Shown here one piece after another: positions 19,853 through 29,176 of a stretch of 64,000 nucleotides of DNA. Under the pieces are notes generated by a model. That model searched no databases and was not told the origin of the DNA. It was given only the letters and a program-made list of their open reading frames with translations. Position 1 is the stretch's first letter, and every line of letters starts with the position of its first letter. Source of the stretch: a virus; the UHGV virus genome UHGV-1366603; one strand, written 5' to 3'. The position numbers were made by a program, and so were the translations under genes.

Positions 19853-20170
19853 ATGTGGTTAAGTGCTATTCACCGTGATTTGCCAAAACGTGACGTGTCG
19901 TTTACTGTTGAGGACGCACCGATTGAGGTAGGCGTCGCTAAATTCGAAAGAATCGAAGAAGGGCAGTTTGTTGTAATGGATGGCAACGACAACGAATTTA
20001 TGTTGTATCATCCAGAAGTGGATACCTCTGAAATTTGTGACGGTGTTCTTTTGTTGTCCTGGCAAAACCAAGAAACTAAAGAATGGATGTGGTGTGTTGC
20101 TAAACCGACAAATGAAGCTGGAACCGCATACGTGTTTGGGGAAATTTATGTCGAACCCGAGCCACACTAA
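19853..20170 (+). CDS. hypothetical protein (105 aa)
   Basis: GAGGAAA RBS before ATG 19853; same orientation as neighbours (a mirror ORF exists on the minus strand). Confidence 0.6.
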   Translation: MWLSAIHRDLPKRDVSFTVEDAPIEVGVAKFERIEEGQFVVMDGNDNEFMLYHPEVDTSEICDGVLLLSWQNQETKEWMWCVAKPTNEAGTAYVFGEIYVEPEPH

Positions 20171-20215
20171 TTTCGATATAGCTTCAGCATTGTGTTGTTA
20201 ATGGTCTAAAAAATT

Positions 20216-20240
20216 TAAGATATATTTCATCTATGTGAGA
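20216..20240 (+). promoter_or_regulatory. conserved promoter-like motif, degenerate copy (TAAGATATATTTCATCTATGTGAGA)
   Basis: Shares AGATATAT...TGTGAGA with the other three copies and is followed by an inverted repeat GTGAGAATTCTCAC. Confidence 0.35.
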
Positions 20241-20271
20241 ATTCTCACTTAACTAAATGGAGTAATCTAAA

Positions 20272-20541
20272 ATGGCTAAGATTTACATTGTTGAGAAACG
20301 TGCGGGTAATGTTCTTTCCTATTACGAAGAAGGTAAACCTGAAAAAGTTAAAACACTCAAACTCGACGGGTATGAAGTGAAGAGTTTACGCAAAGGTGTG
20401 AAGATTACCTTTAAAGGTTTGGCTCGCGTAAATAACTTACACATTGTTAAGGCCGATGGTACGATGGCTGCGTTAGCGCCTGTCAGTGCTGCGAAAACGA
20501 CAGCCGGTCGTGGCTGCTACGGTAGCAGTCGTAAGATTTAA
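20272..20541 (+). CDS. hypothetical protein (89 aa)
   Basis: GGAG RBS before ATG 20272; basic small protein; followed by terminator. Confidence 0.65.
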   Translation: MAKIYIVEKRAGNVLSYYEEGKPEKVKTLKLDGYEVKSLRKGVKITFKGLARVNNLHIVKADGTMAALAPVSAAKTTAGRGCYGSSRKI

Positions 20542-20546
20542 GCAGT

Positions 20547-20587
20547 GCCCCTCTCTCCTAACGGAGAGAGGGTACTTTTATTTTTCT
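20547..20587 (+). terminator. rho-independent terminator
   Basis: CCCCTCTCTCC-TAAC-GGAGAGAGGG hairpin (same stem family as 19758) followed by TACTTTTATTTTTC. Confidence 0.85.
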
Positions 20588-20599
20588 TCGAGGTGCGTG

Positions 20600-21088
20600 A
20601 TGACAACGGTATTAGTAACAAAGGATTACATTTTAGCTGACCGACTTGTGGACTATGCTGGCACAGTTAAAGAATTGCCCAAACTACATAAACACAAAAA
20701 CAAGTTTGTTTTCTACACTGGGGAACGTGTACTGGACACCGAGTTTTGGAAAATATCAATGACCGCTGTTATAGAAAAATATTTAGACGTGGATAAACGC
20801 AAGGAAGTTGAGCCTTTGCTTGTGGATTTTTTCGAAAAAGAGCGAATATTCGATCAGATTGTCATTTTTACGGCTAGAAAAACTCATTGGCTCACATTAG
20901 TAGCAGGTAAGTTTGAAGATCTTGTAATAAATGAAAATGCGGTTTGGGCAACGGGTTCTGGTGGAGGTTTTGCACGGGCTGCTTGGGCGACAGGAATATC
21001 AGAAAAGAAAATTATGCCGTTGGTAGGTTCTATTGATCCGTCTAGCTCGACCACCTATGACTTGTTTTACAGGAAGAGTTTACGATGA
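20600..21088 (+). CDS. hypothetical protein (162 aa)
   Basis: ATG 20600 preceded by GAGGTG; the track ORF start at 20486 would overlap the terminator and previous gene. Confidence 0.65.
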   Translation: MTTVLVTKDYILADRLVDYAGTVKELPKLHKHKNKFVFYTGERVLDTEFWKISMTAVIEKYLDVDKRKEVEPLLVDFFEKERIFDQIVIFTARKTHWLTLVAGKFEDLVINENAVWATGSGGGFARAAWATGISEKKIMPLVGSIDPSSSTTYDLFYRKSLR

Positions 21089-21606
21089 AAATAAATGCGG
21101 TTTTAATTGGCGATGAAATATTCGTGAATACAAAAACACAATATTTGTGTTACGAAGGTATTACTGTAATAGATGAGTATTACGGTAAATACGGTTGGTG
21201 GATTCCATCCCCTAATTCTTTACGATTAGAAGAAGCTTTAACTGCTGAAGAGAACAAACTGGATGATGAATGGACTTATATTAGCTCTGTAATTGATGTT
21301 AGCGGACGAATTAAAGACGTCTACTGGGCTAAAGGTATAGGGTGGCGTGTTACGCTACATCAAGCCACACCGGTAAGATTGTTGTACGACCACACTGACA
21401 CTTCGGAGTTAGCGTTTACCATTGAGACGCTCTCGGTGCGTAAAGATTTAGATAACGTAGGTAAAGGGAAGTGGTCGATTGAACGTATAGAGGAAATTCT
21501 CAGTCACTTTAAAGCCAACAACCAATTTAAACGTTGGTGTACGCTACCTGAGTTAGTAGAAGAGTTGAAAAAGCGGGATTGCAAGCCGCTACCTTTTAAT
21601 CCGTAA
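21085..21606 (+). CDS. hypothetical protein (173 aa)
   Basis: ATG overlaps upstream stop (ATGA-type coupling). Confidence 0.7.
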   Translation: MKINAVLIGDEIFVNTKTQYLCYEGITVIDEYYGKYGWWIPSPNSLRLEEALTAEENKLDDEWTYISSVIDVSGRIKDVYWAKGIGWRVTLHQATPVRLLYDHTDTSELAFTIETLSVRKDLDNVGKGKWSIERIEEILSHFKANNQFKRWCTLPELVEELKKRDCKPLPFNP

Positions 21607-21650
21607 CTTTTTACGAATGCAGCTATTTTAATGATTAGGAGAATATAGAG

Positions 21651-22046
21651 ATGACAGCAATACTAGGTGTAATGGCAAGAAAAGCCGACATCGTTGAAAC
21701 GTTTATTGAACAATACAACAACTCGCCGTATACGCGTTTTAGATTACATAAACCGAAGAATAGTACAGAATGGGTTCGTTGGTTCAGGATTTGGGATAAA
21801 ACAATAAGTAAAATTGATCCGTTATTTAGAATAACGGTTGAACCAGCTTATTGGATTGTAATGGAAATTTCGCTATTACGTATTATCGAAAAACGTCCGA
21901 TTGACACTATGACGATGTTTGGGAAAGATACGTATAAAATGTTGACCAACGGTTTTGTGGGTAATGGGGAACACACGTTGTATCAAGCGATGCTGGAAAT
22001 GTGTTTGTTCGATTTAGTTACTTACGAATTGGGGATTTCAAAATGA
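21651..22046 (+). CDS. hypothetical protein (131 aa)
   Basis: AGGAGA RBS before ATG 21651. Confidence 0.7.
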   Translation: MTAILGVMARKADIVETFIEQYNNSPYTRFRLHKPKNSTEWVRWFRIWDKTISKIDPLFRITVEPAYWIVMEISLLRIIEKRPIDTMTMFGKDTYKMLTNGFVGNGEHTLYQAMLEMCLFDLVTYELGISK

Positions 22047-22507
22047 ATTGCTTCGAATCTAAAGAAATTGTTGAGTTGTTTAAGCAGCGTGAGAAAACAA
22101 CATTCCGTGACCTGTACGATTCCGATTACCGTCCTCTGTTTGCGGTATTGTTGAAACTGGATAAAGAACCCGAAATCGCACTAGCAGAGGTTCAGCATCA
22201 TCACATCAGTTTCGTGTTAACTGAAAACAAGGAACGTTGGGTAGATGACATACTGGGTCGTATTGCGCTTTTGGAAACACCGCATCGTTGGGAAGTGGTT
22301 ATTCAGAAATCACTCTTCCCGCGTGAAGACATTTTCAACAACTATCGTCCGAAACAGTATTACAACCACGACGGGTCGCCAAAACGTGCTTTCCTGGCAC
22401 CACAACACTTCGTAACCTACGTAACGTTGCGTTACAAAGACACCGTGGTGCCGTTTGACACCTACCTGGAAATGCGTGAGATAATCTTAGGGAAGAATCC
22501 GTCATGA
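22043..22507 (+). CDS. hypothetical protein (154 aa)
   Basis: ATG 22043 overlapping previous stop. Confidence 0.65.
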   Translation: MNCFESKEIVELFKQREKTTFRDLYDSDYRPLFAVLLKLDKEPEIALAEVQHHHISFVLTENKERWVDDILGRIALLETPHRWEVVIQKSLFPREDIFNNYRPKQYYNHDGSPKRAFLAPQHFVTYVTLRYKDTVVPFDTYLEMREIILGKNPS

Positions 22508-22986
22508 TTCAATTTTCTGTTGACTCAGAAAGACTGGCGTCATTTAAAGAGCGTGCTCAGACTGCAATCAAAAACGGTTACATTGAGAAAGGTGTTCGTG
22601 ATACTTGTAAACTAATCAACGGCCATCCGCACCTGGCGACAATGTGGAGCTGTGAAGGTCACGGTATGTATTCTAAATCGCCGGGAAACTTGCATATTGT
22701 TTTTGCAACAGATGGTATCGGAAGCCAGCTTCCAATGCAGATTATGTCCGAACTTGCAAAAAGCGATCTGCCCAATTTCTGGAATCTTAGTTTGTGTCGT
22801 CTTTATATACCGGACGCATACACGGATTTGGTATATCTTGAACCTGACTATGGGTTAAACACCGACGACACGTCTTACTGGTCTTGGAAAATCGGATACA
22901 TGTGCTTGATTAATCGTCCGGCATTAATTGAGGCACGACAGGCTCTTTATAAAGCATTTCACACAGTATTAGTTGAGAATAAATAA
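22504..22986 (+). CDS. hypothetical protein (160 aa)
   Basis: ATG overlapping previous stop. Confidence 0.7.
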   Translation: MIQFSVDSERLASFKERAQTAIKNGYIEKGVRDTCKLINGHPHLATMWSCEGHGMYSKSPGNLHIVFATDGIGSQLPMQIMSELAKSDLPNFWNLSLCRLYIPDAYTDLVYLEPDYGLNTDDTSYWSWKIGYMCLINRPALIEARQALYKAFHTVLVENK

Positions 22987-23678
22987 TGGCTACCAAACAA
23001 AAGAAACCTCGTAACAAAAAGTATAACCCGAAAGCAGCTGCTAACCGTACTGCACACACCATTGCTGAAAATGCGTTAAACCGCATTACTTTCGTCGGTA
23101 GCTCAATTCGTCCTATCGGTCCGTACGCAGGTCGTGGTTTCCAGTTTACAACGTCGCCGCGTATGCGCATGGCAGCGACCGATATGTTAATCGGTGGTCT
23201 GTTTGACGAACCACGTAACTGGAAGTTATGGGTTGCGCATCTGTACGAAACGGATAATGGTGTACAGGCAGAAACCGTCGTGGCCACGCTTGACGATTAC
23301 ACGTTAAGTGATTTCTGTCAACACGGCGACAAAATCATCAAGTCGCTACGTGAGACAGAAGAAAACTACTTCGGTTACGCTTTCGTTGCTGCGCCTAACG
23401 AACGCTATGATTTCGACCAGGGAGAAGAACGTTTACTGGAAAACTTCATGCATTCTGGACTGTTAGACAAATCCTTACACTTACCTGAAGAAGAACTGAT
23501 GGTTTCGCGTAAGGATATGGTAACGTTGCTGTTAGCCGACCGTGGTCGTTTTGATATCACCGAGCCGCATGTGCGTAAAGTACAGAAACTCGTGGATAAA
23601 GTAGACGAAACTGACCTGGACACTAATGAAGTCGCAACACGTATTCAAAGTGTAGTAAACCAGATTGAGGATTACTAA
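22986..23678 (+). CDS. hypothetical protein (230 aa)
   Basis: Basic N-terminus (KQKKPRNKKYNPK); long ORF. Confidence 0.7.
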   Translation: MATKQKKPRNKKYNPKAAANRTAHTIAENALNRITFVGSSIRPIGPYAGRGFQFTTSPRMRMAATDMLIGGLFDEPRNWKLWVAHLYETDNGVQAETVVATLDDYTLSDFCQHGDKIIKSLRETEENYFGYAFVAAPNERYDFDQGEERLLENFMHSGLLDKSLHLPEEELMVSRKDMVTLLLADRGRFDITEPHVRKVQKLVDKVDETDLDTNEVATRIQSVVNQIEDY

Positions 23679-23680
23679 AC

Positions 23681-24211
23681 GTGATAGCACGACTTGTGAG
23701 TTGGTTTAAGCAATGTCGTGCAAAGGCGGTCGAATGGCCGCCTATTACGCATGACGAGAAAGTGGCTCTTTTTTTGAGATATAACAAAGACTTGAAGAGA
23801 TTAGGTGGATTAATGCGCTTAACGGAACGTCAGGTTTTTGCTAAGATTTCGAGCAGCGAGTTGCGTAAAGAAGTAATTCCACACCTATCCTTTTTAGGGC
23901 AGGTTTATGCAATTACGACAGAGGAATTTTTATCAACCCAAGGTAGCGAACGGCCACATATTCGGTTTTCCGTCGTAGGTGAACCTGATACGGTAGGTGA
24001 AATCGATTTTAAGATGCTGTATCGCAGAATAAAAGATGATGGGTTTATACATGTTAAACGATTATCAGAAACTTCTGTGGTGATTTATCATCGCACTGAT
24101 CAGGATTTGTTAGGGTGCGTTATAAGGCTAACAAATTTACGTAGTTTTTACGTTGATTTACTTACAGACTTTTATCCGGAACCTTGGTGTTTTATAGATG
24201 AAAATAAATGA
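23681..24211 (+). CDS. hypothetical protein (176 aa)
   Basis: ORF beginning at GTG 23681 with GAGGA upstream; start uncertain. Confidence 0.55.
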   Translation: MIARLVSWFKQCRAKAVEWPPITHDEKVALFLRYNKDLKRLGGLMRLTERQVFAKISSSELRKEVIPHLSFLGQVYAITTEEFLSTQGSERPHIRFSVVGEPDTVGEIDFKMLYRRIKDDGFIHVKRLSETSVVIYHRTDQDLLGCVIRLTNLRSFYVDLLTDFYPEPWCFIDENK

Positions 24212-24410
24212 CGGATATATCATTTCAGCAATCGTTTCAACTGCGTTGATTGTAGCGATGTTGATGTTCTACGTTAAGACGTCTGACGAATCACGTAGAG
24301 ACTCCCTTTATCGTGAATGTATGTCAGGCACTACTGTAGATAATCCACGCTACGCTGAATTAGTAATGGCGTGTACGGAATACGCTAATCGAATGGGAGG
24401 AGGGAAATGA
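24198..24410 (+). CDS. small membrane protein (70 aa)
   Basis: One hydrophobic helix IISAIVSTALIVAMLMFYV. Confidence 0.55.
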   Translation: MKINDGYIISAIVSTALIVAMLMFYVKTSDESRRDSLYRECMSGTTVDNPRYAELVMACTEYANRMGGGK

Positions 24411-24604
24411 AAATTTGGTTGCCGATTCTAGTTTTTATCGTTATTGCAGGGGCACTCGCAAGTGCTGAGTTAGATAGCCGTACTTTAGAAACGAAACGTG
24501 AATTGTACCAGGACTGTATAAAGGATTACACACCGGGTACAGAGCTTCATGCACAGGCTGTAAAAAGCTGTGCGTTGATGGCTGAATCGCAGACTCGCTC
24601 CTAA
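24407..24604 (+). CDS. small membrane/secreted protein (65 aa)
   Basis: Strong GGAGGAGGG RBS; N-terminal hydrophobic segment IWLPILVFIVIAGALASA. Confidence 0.55.
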   Translation: MKIWLPILVFIVIAGALASAELDSRTLETKRELYQDCIKDYTPGTELHAQAVKSCALMAESQTRS

Positions 24605-24978
24605 TGCGTATCTGGACGCTACAACTCGCTAAGTGGCGGTTAGCTAAGCAGAAAGGATTTCACGCAGTGGATATCACTGTGAAGTCAGGTCGAAAGGAAC
24701 TCGCCCCCGACTGGGATTTCCTAATGGCGTATAAATCTTCTGCCAAGGACGCTGCCGCTGAACGTGAGTACACGATAAAGTATTTGTACAAACTCGAACG
24801 ACTGTTAGATACTGATGCCGAAGTTTTAGTGTCATTACTCAGACACGATGACTTGGTTTTGATGTGTTACTGTCCCGTAGGTAAGTTTTGTCATCGTCAC
24901 CTACTGGCGAACAAACTTCAAGAAGTAGGAATGATGTTCGGTATCGACGTTGCGTTGTGTGGAGAATTAACCGAATGA
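24604..24978 (+). CDS. hypothetical protein (124 aa)
   Basis: ORF with overlapping start; followed by terminator. Confidence 0.6.
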   Translation: MRIWTLQLAKWRLAKQKGFHAVDITVKSGRKELAPDWDFLMAYKSSAKDAAAEREYTIKYLYKLERLLDTDAEVLVSLLRHDDLVLMCYCPVGKFCHRHLLANKLQEVGMMFGIDVALCGELTE

Positions 24979-25041
24979 AAAATTTTATCAAAACCTTCCG
25001 AAAATCACCAATCGTTCTTGATTTTTAGGTACAGAATAGTC

Positions 25042-25088
25042 TCCTACCGCCCGATTCTATGGGCGGTAGGTGTTTTATTTTTTTTTGA
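25042..25088 (+). terminator. rho-independent terminator
   Basis: CCTACCGCCC-loop-GGGCGGTAGG hairpin followed by TGTTTTATTTTTTTTT. Confidence 0.85.
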
Positions 25089-25102
25089 TCTTGGAGGGTT
25101 AA

Positions 25103-25666
25103 GTGGCCACATCTTACGTACCTGATTTGAGTCTGACCTCAGCAGAGCTAGTGGTCGCTTTAATCAATCATGATAACGGGTTACAGCTTACGCTAAACGA
25201 AATACGTATTAGTGGAACTGTAACAAACCCATCCCCAACAACTTCGCGTCGTAACACTATCACTGAAATCAGTAAAATCAGAAAACCGGATGGTGCGTCT
25301 GTTGTGGTTTATTACGACAGACTCGACGCAGATGAAGTATTAACGTATGAACCCATTCTGATTTCGTTAGACGGTACTGAAGACAACGTTCGTGACATTC
25401 TTAGTGTTGTAAATGAATTCTGCGGAACGAACTTACAACCCGAGGATTTACGTGCTTCAGATATCACTTTAGGTAACGATCCCATTTCCGTTAACGTTGC
25501 TGACGATTCTCCTGCCTGGATGAATGCGTTTATGGTGACGTTATTTGATAAAACCGAACGTGCGTTAGCGAACGAAGAAGATGAAATCTTCTGCATCGGT
25601 GACGATAGCGTTCTTACATTCGAGGTTACAGATGGCGACAGCACTGAAGAAGACGAGACTCCATGA
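25103..25666 (+). CDS. hypothetical protein (187 aa); member of a six-gene paralog family
   Basis: GTG start with GGAGGG RBS; shares PDLSLTS, NHD, YY(D/N)RL and CG(T/S)NLQPEDL with the 35117 gene. Confidence 0.7.
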   Translation: MATSYVPDLSLTSAELVVALINHDNGLQLTLNEIRISGTVTNPSPTTSRRNTITEISKIRKPDGASVVVYYDRLDADEVLTYEPILISLDGTEDNVRDILSVVNEFCGTNLQPEDLRASDITLGNDPISVNVADDSPAWMNAFMVTLFDKTERALANEEDEIFCIGDDSVLTFEVTDGDSTEEDETP

Positions 25667-26093
25667 GCTCGAAAGCTACGCAGGCACACCGCAGGGTGGG
25701 GTACTGCTGTATAGCAAAGACAATAAAGAATATAAAATTGATGTTGATAAGTTAGCCCCGGTTGCGACAGTCACAACGGTTAACGGTGCGAATAATGCAG
25801 CCACGCTGGATTTCAATACCAGCACTGACATTATTCTGGTGTTAAACGATCCCACCACTACAGTGAAGTTCGCAGCCCTTACCAACGTTGCGGAAAATAC
25901 CCGTTTCGAAGTAATGCTAACGTTTAAGCAAGGAACGGGGGCGAATAAAGTAACCTGGCCTGAAAACGTTAAGTGGCCTCACGGTGCACAACCGGTTTTA
26001 TCCTACGCGGCAAATGCGGAGGACACTCTGTCGCTTTATACCCTTGATGGGGGTGCCACCTGGAAAGGTTCTCTTCTTGCAGCGGGTTACTAA
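25632..26093 (+). CDS. fibre/spike anchor-motif protein (153 aa)
   Basis: N-terminus MATALKKTRLHELESYAGTPQGGVLLYSKDNKEYKI matches the N-termini of the 29177 tail fibre and the 35632 gene; stop TAA abuts the ATG of the 1001-aa gene. Confidence 0.6.
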   Translation: MATALKKTRLHELESYAGTPQGGVLLYSKDNKEYKIDVDKLAPVATVTTVNGANNAATLDFNTSTDIILVLNDPTTTVKFAALTNVAENTRFEVMLTFKQGTGANKVTWPENVKWPHGAQPVLSYAANAEDTLSLYTLDGGATWKGSLLAAGY

Positions 26094-29000
26094 ATGAGAA
26101 AACATTTTCAGCGTCACGCGATTAGCTACGCGTTATCGTTAGCTTACGGACACCAATCCTTCGTTACCCGGAATACGGGAACGACTCACGACGCGCACAA
26201 CGAACACTATATTCAAAACGAAGAAGGTGTTCTGTCGAATAACCGTCATTTCATTGCTGACACTATGGCGGAATACCAACCGAACGGGGACGCGACGACC
26301 GAGGGTCAGTCGTTACACGTTATTGGTTACTGCCACATGTATATCGCAACGAAAGACGAAAGATGGTTAGATGCGGCGAAACACGCCTGGGATGCGTACA
26401 ACACGTACTTCTACGTCGGACAACCTATTCCGACCACACCCCAGCGTCGGATTTGTAACTGGTTGGTAAACGGGAAAGAACCGGTATTAGCACATTACCC
26501 AATACACCCTACAGAACCTACCCAAGGTGGGTATAAAAGCGTCCCTGTAAGGTTTACAAACGGACAGTGTAAAATACCGCATGGTGCACCGTTCTGGGGA
26601 GAGTATTTGGATACCTTTACGTTTGCGCATCGTGGTCACCCTGCCTGGGAAGCCATTAACGCAGACGTACAGATTATTAAGGAAGACAAAGAAGGGTCAA
26701 TTAATTGGGAAGACGTTTTAACTCACGTTATTACCAATCCTGATAAACCCTACGAGGCCAAAGCCTGGGTTGATTGGCCTACGTTATTAAACAACGCTAC
26801 AGGGTACACCCCGCTTTGGGGTGGCAGTGCAACAAAAGCCCCTAAACACGACGTTGACTGGATAATTGCCTGGACAGGTAACAAAATCCAGGATAGTGAG
26901 ATTATTGAGACAGGATTAGCAGACGCTGATAAAGGTACCGTACAGTTAAAAGACACGCAGTTAAACGGTGTCTATTTGATTAACTACGCGGTAAAACTGC
27001 CTGTCGAACACGGGGGTTACGAGTTTAAACGTAACGAACCGTGGCACAACCGTCCAGTTCACACGCCGTTCTTAGGATCGAAAAACCAATACGGTAACGC
27101 CGCTGATGCTGAACTGTGGTTTATTGACGCCTGTTATTTGCTGTGGCGAATCACGGGTGAAGAGAAATACAAACAAGCATTAGACTGTGCTTTCTACACA
27201 GCACACGAGTACACGTATATTGATGCGGTAGATAAATTCTTCCGTCGTTCTACCGCTGCGGAAACACCGTTTACGGATGGTATTTCGTACGACTTCAATT
27301 ACCCGGACACCGTAAGTGCTACCTACGGCCGTGATGAGAATGGGGATATTACCATCCATGTGCCTGAAGCGGCACAACACTTTATGGAGCAGAAAGCGGT
27401 TCGATTCAGGATTAACAAAGACTCCAAACTACGTGTCACGTACGGCGGGGTTTGTAAGAACGGTGATCCTGTCTACTGTAAAGCAATGGTAAACATTAAC
27501 CCTGTGAAAGCCGACACCGAGGAAGTAAACTGGTACGGCTTAACCTTACCTCAGTCTACGGTAAATACCGTTAAGCAGTACGATATTGACTTAGGCCAAC
27601 TTGCCCGTATCACCACCCCAGAAGGAGAAGACTACCTGATAGCCGACGCCCGTGCGTGTTCGGACTATGGTGGTTGTACGTGGGAAGAACGTTTTGAGAA
27701 CAGCATTTACGACGGTCGCGCGGGTACCGTTATAGAAGCTGAATTTCCTGATGACGGTGCCGGGTTTATTATCGGGTTCTGGTTAACCGCTGAAGAGAAG
27801 GTAAAACCGGTTTCTATTGTCTACCGTGCGGACGCAGATTTTAACCTGCGTTTAGTCGACAGTGATAACTGGCGTTGGTGGTGGATGTTACCCAACACAA
27901 ACAACGAATGGCGTCAGGTAACGTTGAATCCGGATGATGCCACACTTTCCGGTTATCAGCCAGACCACACAGACGACGACCCTAAACCGGCAGCACCGAA
28001 TTTCGATAAGGTGGATCAGGTCACGATTCTCCCTGACTCTACGGTTGACCATGCACATTTTGCCTACTATTGTGTTAACGATGTTCCACCGCTCTTTAAT
28101 AAAGACGACGGTTATATTCTCACCTTCCGTATTGGGTTACGCGGCGGTGGAGAGTATGATGCGAAGGTCGGCGACTGTACGATCAAAGATTACCGATTGG
28201 ATTCGTTAGCGTATTGTCCGGGTACGATACCGTTCTCGAACAACTATTCAGAAGGTTCAGAACAGTTAGGTGCCTGGCACGGGATGCCTTATCCGGGTTA
28301 TCAGTATCCGTTTATGTACACTATCCACAAAGACGACCGGTATAAGCTGTGGTTAGATAACCAGATTCAATTCTTGTACGATTCGCAGTTGGCTTACCAA
28401 CGGCAACTCGGTGAATTAGGGCCCGGTTGTGCAGCGTATATCTGGAACCGTTGGGACAACTACAGCTACGGAGAAGCAGATACCTGGACAACGTTCCATT
28501 GGGGCGACGACCATCCGTGGGCAGGGTATCAACCTCGTGCGTTTCATGCTGCGTGTCGGTGCTGGTACGAACTGAAACTAAGAGGTAAAGAGATTCCTGA
28601 GGCGTTAACAAGCTATATTGAAAACTGGGTGAATTGGCTAGGTGGGTTTGTGGATCGGTTTAACGGACACACCCCTAACGAGTTCCCTACAGCACCTGAT
28701 AAACCCGTTTGGGTGGAAGATGACTTCACCGCACATATGTGTGCGTTGTGGTTAGCAGGCTGTTGTTGGGCATTACTCGCTGGTGCAACTAATCCGAACT
28801 ACGATAAGGTAGTTAATGCGGCAATTAAGGAGTTAGGTGAAGGGTTTACGATTACCTCAATTCCGAATAAGCCGATTAACGGGGCGTGGTCTCCAGCCGC
28901 TCGAGAGTCTTCCGATAACGGAATGGCTTTTGGGTTCTACAGTGGGGAAGCGTTCCGTGCGTTAGGTCTCTACGTTACTTACAAAACCTACGGAGCCAAC

Positions 29001-29099
29001 GCTAATATTTATCGTGACTTAGCGATTGCTGACCACAGTCAAGCGGTCTTAGACGTTACGTTAACGATAGAAGACGATGCATTAAAACCAGAGCAATAA
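26094..29099 (+). CDS. large virion-associated protein (1001 aa), putative tailspike body or receptor-binding/enzymatic protein
   Basis: Long ORF directly after the anchor-motif gene; Trp/Tyr/Gly-rich as in carbohydrate-active tailspike domains. Function inferred from context only. Confidence 0.55.
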   Translation: MRKHFQRHAISYALSLAYGHQSFVTRNTGTTHDAHNEHYIQNEEGVLSNNRHFIADTMAEYQPNGDATTEGQSLHVIGYCHMYIATKDERWLDAAKHAWDAYNTYFYVGQPIPTTPQRRICNWLVNGKEPVLAHYPIHPTEPTQGGYKSVPVRFTNGQCKIPHGAPFWGEYLDTFTFAHRGHPAWEAINADVQIIKEDKEGSINWEDVLTHVITNPDKPYEAKAWVDWPTLLNNATGYTPLWGGSATKAPKHDVDWIIAWTGNKIQDSEIIETGLADADKGTVQLKDTQLNGVYLINYAVKLPVEHGGYEFKRNEPWHNRPVHTPFLGSKNQYGNAADAELWFIDACYLLWRITGEEKYKQALDCAFYTAHEYTYIDAVDKFFRRSTAAETPFTDGISYDFNYPDTVSATYGRDENGDITIHVPEAAQHFMEQKAVRFRINKDSKLRVTYGGVCKNGDPVYCKAMVNINPVKADTEEVNWYGLTLPQSTVNTVKQYDIDLGQLARITTPEGEDYLIADARACSDYGGCTWEERFENSIYDGRAGTVIEAEFPDDGAGFIIGFWLTAEEKVKPVSIVYRADADFNLRLVDSDNWRWWWMLPNTNNEWRQVTLNPDDATLSGYQPDHTDDDPKPAAPNFDKVDQVTILPDSTVDHAHFAYYCVNDVPPLFNKDDGYILTFRIGLRGGGEYDAKVGDCTIKDYRLDSLAYCPGTIPFSNNYSEGSEQLGAWHGMPYPGYQYPFMYTIHKDDRYKLWLDNQIQFLYDSQLAYQRQLGELGPGCAAYIWNRWDNYSYGEADTWTTFHWGDDHPWAGYQPRAFHAACRCWYELKLRGKEIPEALTSYIENWVNWLGGFVDRFNGHTPNEFPTAPDKPVWVEDDFTAHMCALWLAGCCWALLAGATNPNYDKVVNAAIKELGEGFTITSIPNKPINGAWSPAARESSDNGMAFGFYSGEAFRALGLYVTYKTYGANANIYRDLAIADHSQAVLDVTLTIEDDALKPEQ

Positions 29100-29116
29100 T
29101 AACCCGCTTATAAAAA

Positions 29117-29146
29117 ATATTGGGGGGGGGTAAGCTACTCCCCCGA
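29117..29146 (+). repeat. G-rich conserved intergenic element (G9 tract plus CTCCCCCGAT)
   Basis: TATTGGGGGGGGGTAAGCTACTCCCCCGAT; related to the elements at 35047 and 47917. Confidence 0.5.
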
Positions 29147-29176
29147 TCTTTAGCTCCCGATAGAGAACTTAATATC

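Noticed and set aside
19859..20167. Minus-strand ORF mirroring the plus-strand 19853..20170 gene
   Set aside because: Only one can be real; the plus-strand version has an RBS and matches the orientation and spacing of neighbouring genes.
20486..20599. Upstream extension of the 20600 gene to the track start at 20486
   Set aside because: The extension would run through the preceding gene's 3' end and its terminator hairpin; ATG 20600 with a GAGGTG RBS is a better start.
29122..29130. G9 homopolymer as a coding-region phase-variation switch
   Set aside because: The tract is intergenic (between stop 29099 and start 29177), so it cannot cause frameshifting of a protein; retained only as a possible regulatory element.
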